From Candidatus Marinacidobacterales bacterium (lineage in GTDB: Bacteria; Acidobacteriota; Vicinamibacteria; Marinacidobacterales; DATDRI01): a DNA stretch of 64,000 bases. Of the stretch, positions 61,607 to 64,000 are shown piece by piece. The DNA is taken from contig CBDCNP010000002.1 in NCBI GenBank assembly GCA_965219415.1, positions 3,136,001 through 3,200,000 on the forward strand, written 5' to 3'. The position numbers and the translations under genes were made by a program. Numbering within the stretch: the first letter of the stretch is position 1; every line of letters begins with the position of its first letter. The notes beneath the pieces are model-generated. The model did not search any database and had not been told where the DNA came from. It saw only the letters and a list, made by a program, of their open reading frames with translations.

Positions 61607-63058
61607 ATGATCTACATCATCGGCATCGCTCTATACCTCGTCTTTCTGATCGGCATCGGTGTCGTGAAGAGCCGAGCCGTCCGGACTCAAGACGACTTCA
61701 TGGTAGCCAGCCGAAGTGTCTCTGCGCTGTTTCTAGCCAGTACTCTCATTTGTACGTCGGTGGGCTCGGGCATTTTGTTTGGCGGGGCGGGCCGCGCCTT
61801 TCGGGATGGCTTCTCCGCTATGTGGATGAACCTCGGTGGTTGGGCAGGCATGTTGGGGGTTTACTTTCTCGCCCACCGCGTGCAGCGGATAGCCCAGTAC
61901 ACCGCTCCCGACATTCTCGAAATGCGATACACCGCGACGGCCCGATTACTGGGTACCGGTGCCGTGGTCATGGCCTACCTGACCATCGCCAGCTATCAAT
62001 TCAGAGGAGGAGGTCGGCTTCTGCACGTCTTGACCGGTCTCGACCCTGTTTACGGGCAAGTCATCACCTGTATCCTGGCAGCGCTTTATACCGGCCTCGC
62101 CGGAATGCTTTCCATCGTTGCCCTCGACATCTTCAACGGCGTACTGATCGCAGGTAGCGCCCTAGTTGCCGTCCCCTTCGTACTGAAGGCCGCCGGAGGT
62201 TGGAGCTCGATGACGGCCATCCTACCGGAATCCCACTTCTACTCGTTCGGATCTCTCGGCCTACTTTCCGCACTCGGTTTGTTCTTCCCTTTGTTTCTCC
62301 AGATCGTCGGCGACAGTGGGATGTACCAGAAGCTCATGTCGGCGAAGGACCCCAACGCGGCGCGACGGGGCGTACTGGGGATGCTGGTGGGGGTGATTCC
62401 GATCCAGTCTGCTTTGGCCATTATCGGCGTGATCGGGGCCGCCATCTACTGGAGCGATCCTGCATTCCTCGGCTCGGACGCTAGCTTCGACGCCGCGGCG
62501 ACGGAGACCATCGTGCTTCAGGTGGCACGCTTCGACTTGCCGGTGGTGCTTGGAGTCGCTCTTCTTTGTGCCGCCGCCGCCATCATCTTTTCGACCGCCA
62601 ACACGATGCTGATGATCCCGTCGACCAACCTGGCACGGGATGTCTATCAGCGTTTCGTGAACCCGAGTGCGAGCCAGCGGCGGATCGTCCTGGTGCAGAG
62701 GCTGATCATCGTCGTGCTCGCCGCCACCTCCTTCTCGATCGCATCTTTCTTCGACAGCATCCTGGACATGGCCCTTTACGCTTATACGATGGTGGGTGCT
62801 GCGGTCACCCCGGCACTCCTGGCGGCTTTCCTTTGGCGGCGAGTCACGGCCCTTGGGGGGACAGTCTCCGTCGCAGCGGGTATGGCGGTAACGATGGGTT
62901 ACGCGGTACTCAATGCATTGGGGGTCACGAACCTGGGCTATAGCTACATCATCTATCCGGCCGTCGCGGCTTCGGTAATCTCCCTGGTGGCTATGAGCCT
63001 CGCGACCCCGCCGTCACCGGAAGAGAAGTGGCGGCCCTTCTGGCCAGATGAGGGATGA
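61607..63058 (+). CDS. Sodium:solute symporter family protein
   Basis: DDFMVASR, TAPDILEMRY, MYQKLMSAK, RDVYQRF. Confidence 0.93.
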   Translation: MIYIIGIALYLVFLIGIGVVKSRAVRTQDDFMVASRSVSALFLASTLICTSVGSGILFGGAGRAFRDGFSAMWMNLGGWAGMLGVYFLAHRVQRIAQYTAPDILEMRYTATARLLGTGAVVMAYLTIASYQFRGGGRLLHVLTGLDPVYGQVITCILAALYTGLAGMLSIVALDIFNGVLIAGSALVAVPFVLKAAGGWSSMTAILPESHFYSFGSLGLLSALGLFFPLFLQIVGDSGMYQKLMSAKDPNAARRGVLGMLVGVIPIQSALAIIGVIGAAIYWSDPAFLGSDASFDAAATETIVLQVARFDLPVVLGVALLCAAAAIIFSTANTMLMIPSTNLARDVYQRFVNPSASQRRIVLVQRLIIVVLAATSFSIASFFDSILDMALYAYTMVGAAVTPALLAAFLWRRVTALGGTVSVAAGMAVTMGYAVLNALGVTNLGYSYIIYPAVAASVISLVAMSLATPPSPEEKWRPFWPDEG

Positions 63059-63062
63059 GTCT

Positions 63063-64000
63063 CTACGCGACGCCCATCGCATAGAGCAGATCGGCATAAC
63101 CCTTCTCGATCCCTGGCAGCCCGACGACCGAAGAGTGCGAGGAGGGCGACGTTGGCTTCGGGTCGACCAGCATGTACTCGTTCGGTGCGTGCAGATTGCC
63201 ACCGTGTCCGAGACCCACCAAGATCAAAGGTAAGCCGAGTCTTTCGGTGAACTGATAGAACGGCGCATTCGCGCCGAAGCGGGGCCATACCGCCGGAGTG
63301 ATTCCGTATTTGTTGTAGACGGAGATCGCCTTTTGCACCAGCGGGGCTTCGACCGTGGTCTGCGAGGGCGGGTACGAAGCGAGGATCCTGATCTCGATAT
63401 CGCCGAAACCGTTGTCATCGAGGTGTCGGCGGATCAACTTCAAGGCATTTTCCGGACGTTGATTCGGCACCAGCATCGAATCGATCTTGGCCACCGCTCG
63501 GCTGGGCAAGATGCAATTGGCGCCCGGGCCCACGTAGCCGGAAGAGATACCGTCGATGTTGAGCGTGGTGTCGAAGAGAAACTGAGTGAAGGTTTCCTTG
63601 CCTCGGCTCCCGCCGATCCATCTCTTCACGCCTAAGTCGGTGTACTGAGTAAACTCGCCATTGGGACCGAAGAAACCCTCTAGTTGAGGGCTGTTGATGA
63701 GGCGCTGTTGTTCTGTATTGGGAGGCTGGATCGGGTCGTAGTAGCCGGGAACGGCAATGGTGTTCCCGTCGGGTGACGTCAAAGTCGAGAGGGCTTGCAC
63801 AAGGCGCCAGGTGGGGAAGTCGACAATCGATTTGAACCAACCCCCGATGTCATCCACGGTTGGGCCGCCCTGAGCGTTACCGGTCGTTTCCAGCTCGAGG
63901 TAGAGCCATCCTTTCATTCCCAAGCTCAACGTCGCCGCGCCTTCTGCGTTTTGCGAATTGTGAGGGCAAATGACACCGACCACTTCACTGAGGCGCTCTC
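63063..64000 (-). CDS. M20/M25/M40 peptidase (dipeptidase-like), C-terminal part
   Basis: LGMKG..ELE, WRLVQAL, TLNIDGI..GY.G.G, HAPNEY. The N-terminus lies outside the window or is lost. Confidence 0.85.
   Translation of the reverse strand, partial: ERLSEVVGVICPHNSQNAEGAATLSLGMKGWLYLELETTGNAQGGPTVDDIGGWFKSIVDFPTWRLVQALSTLTSPDGNTIAVPGYYDPIQPPNTEQQRLINSPQLEGFFGPNGEFTQYTDLGVKRWIGGSRGKETFTQFLFDTTLNIDGISSGYVGPGANCILPSRAVAKIDSMLVPNQRPENALKLIRRHLDDNGFGDIEIRILASYPPSQTTVEAPLVQKAISVYNKYGITPAVWPRFGANAPFYQFTERLGLPLILVGLGHGGNLHAPNEYMLVDPKPTSPSSHSSVVGLPGIEKGYADLLYAMGVA

Overview
GC-rich bacterial chromosomal segment, most likely Acidobacteriota (inferred from ADOP-type duplicated ABC permeases, VWA proteins of the acidobacterial type, and Hanks kinase-TPR and kinase-beta-propeller architectures). 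It is a densely packed mosaic. Metabolic genes include ppk2, pyc, ribA and many C-N hydrolases. Transporters include OPT, APC, two SSS, a Dpp-type ABC importer without ATPases and a MacAB-like exporter. There are four intact type II toxin-antitoxin modules with visible operators and a stand-alone HNH nuclease gene. Two kinds of damage are common: single-base frameshifts, many in homopolymers (probably sequencing error), and at least seven abrupt junctions or deletions that leave truncated or fused genes. I found no rRNA, tRNA, CRISPR array, integrase or transposase, and no clear multi-gene novel system. The best leads are an unclassified structured RNA with a terminator at about 54.9-55.1 kb, the HNH gene with a leader hairpin and a perfect 20-bp distal palindrome, a MORC-like GHKL ATPase fused to a hydrolase tail, an 8-Cys lipoprotein beside a DUF1566 protein, a secreted atypical kinase with an altered catalytic loop, and a terminator inside the csp leader. 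All family assignments are from motif recognition by eye, not database searches.
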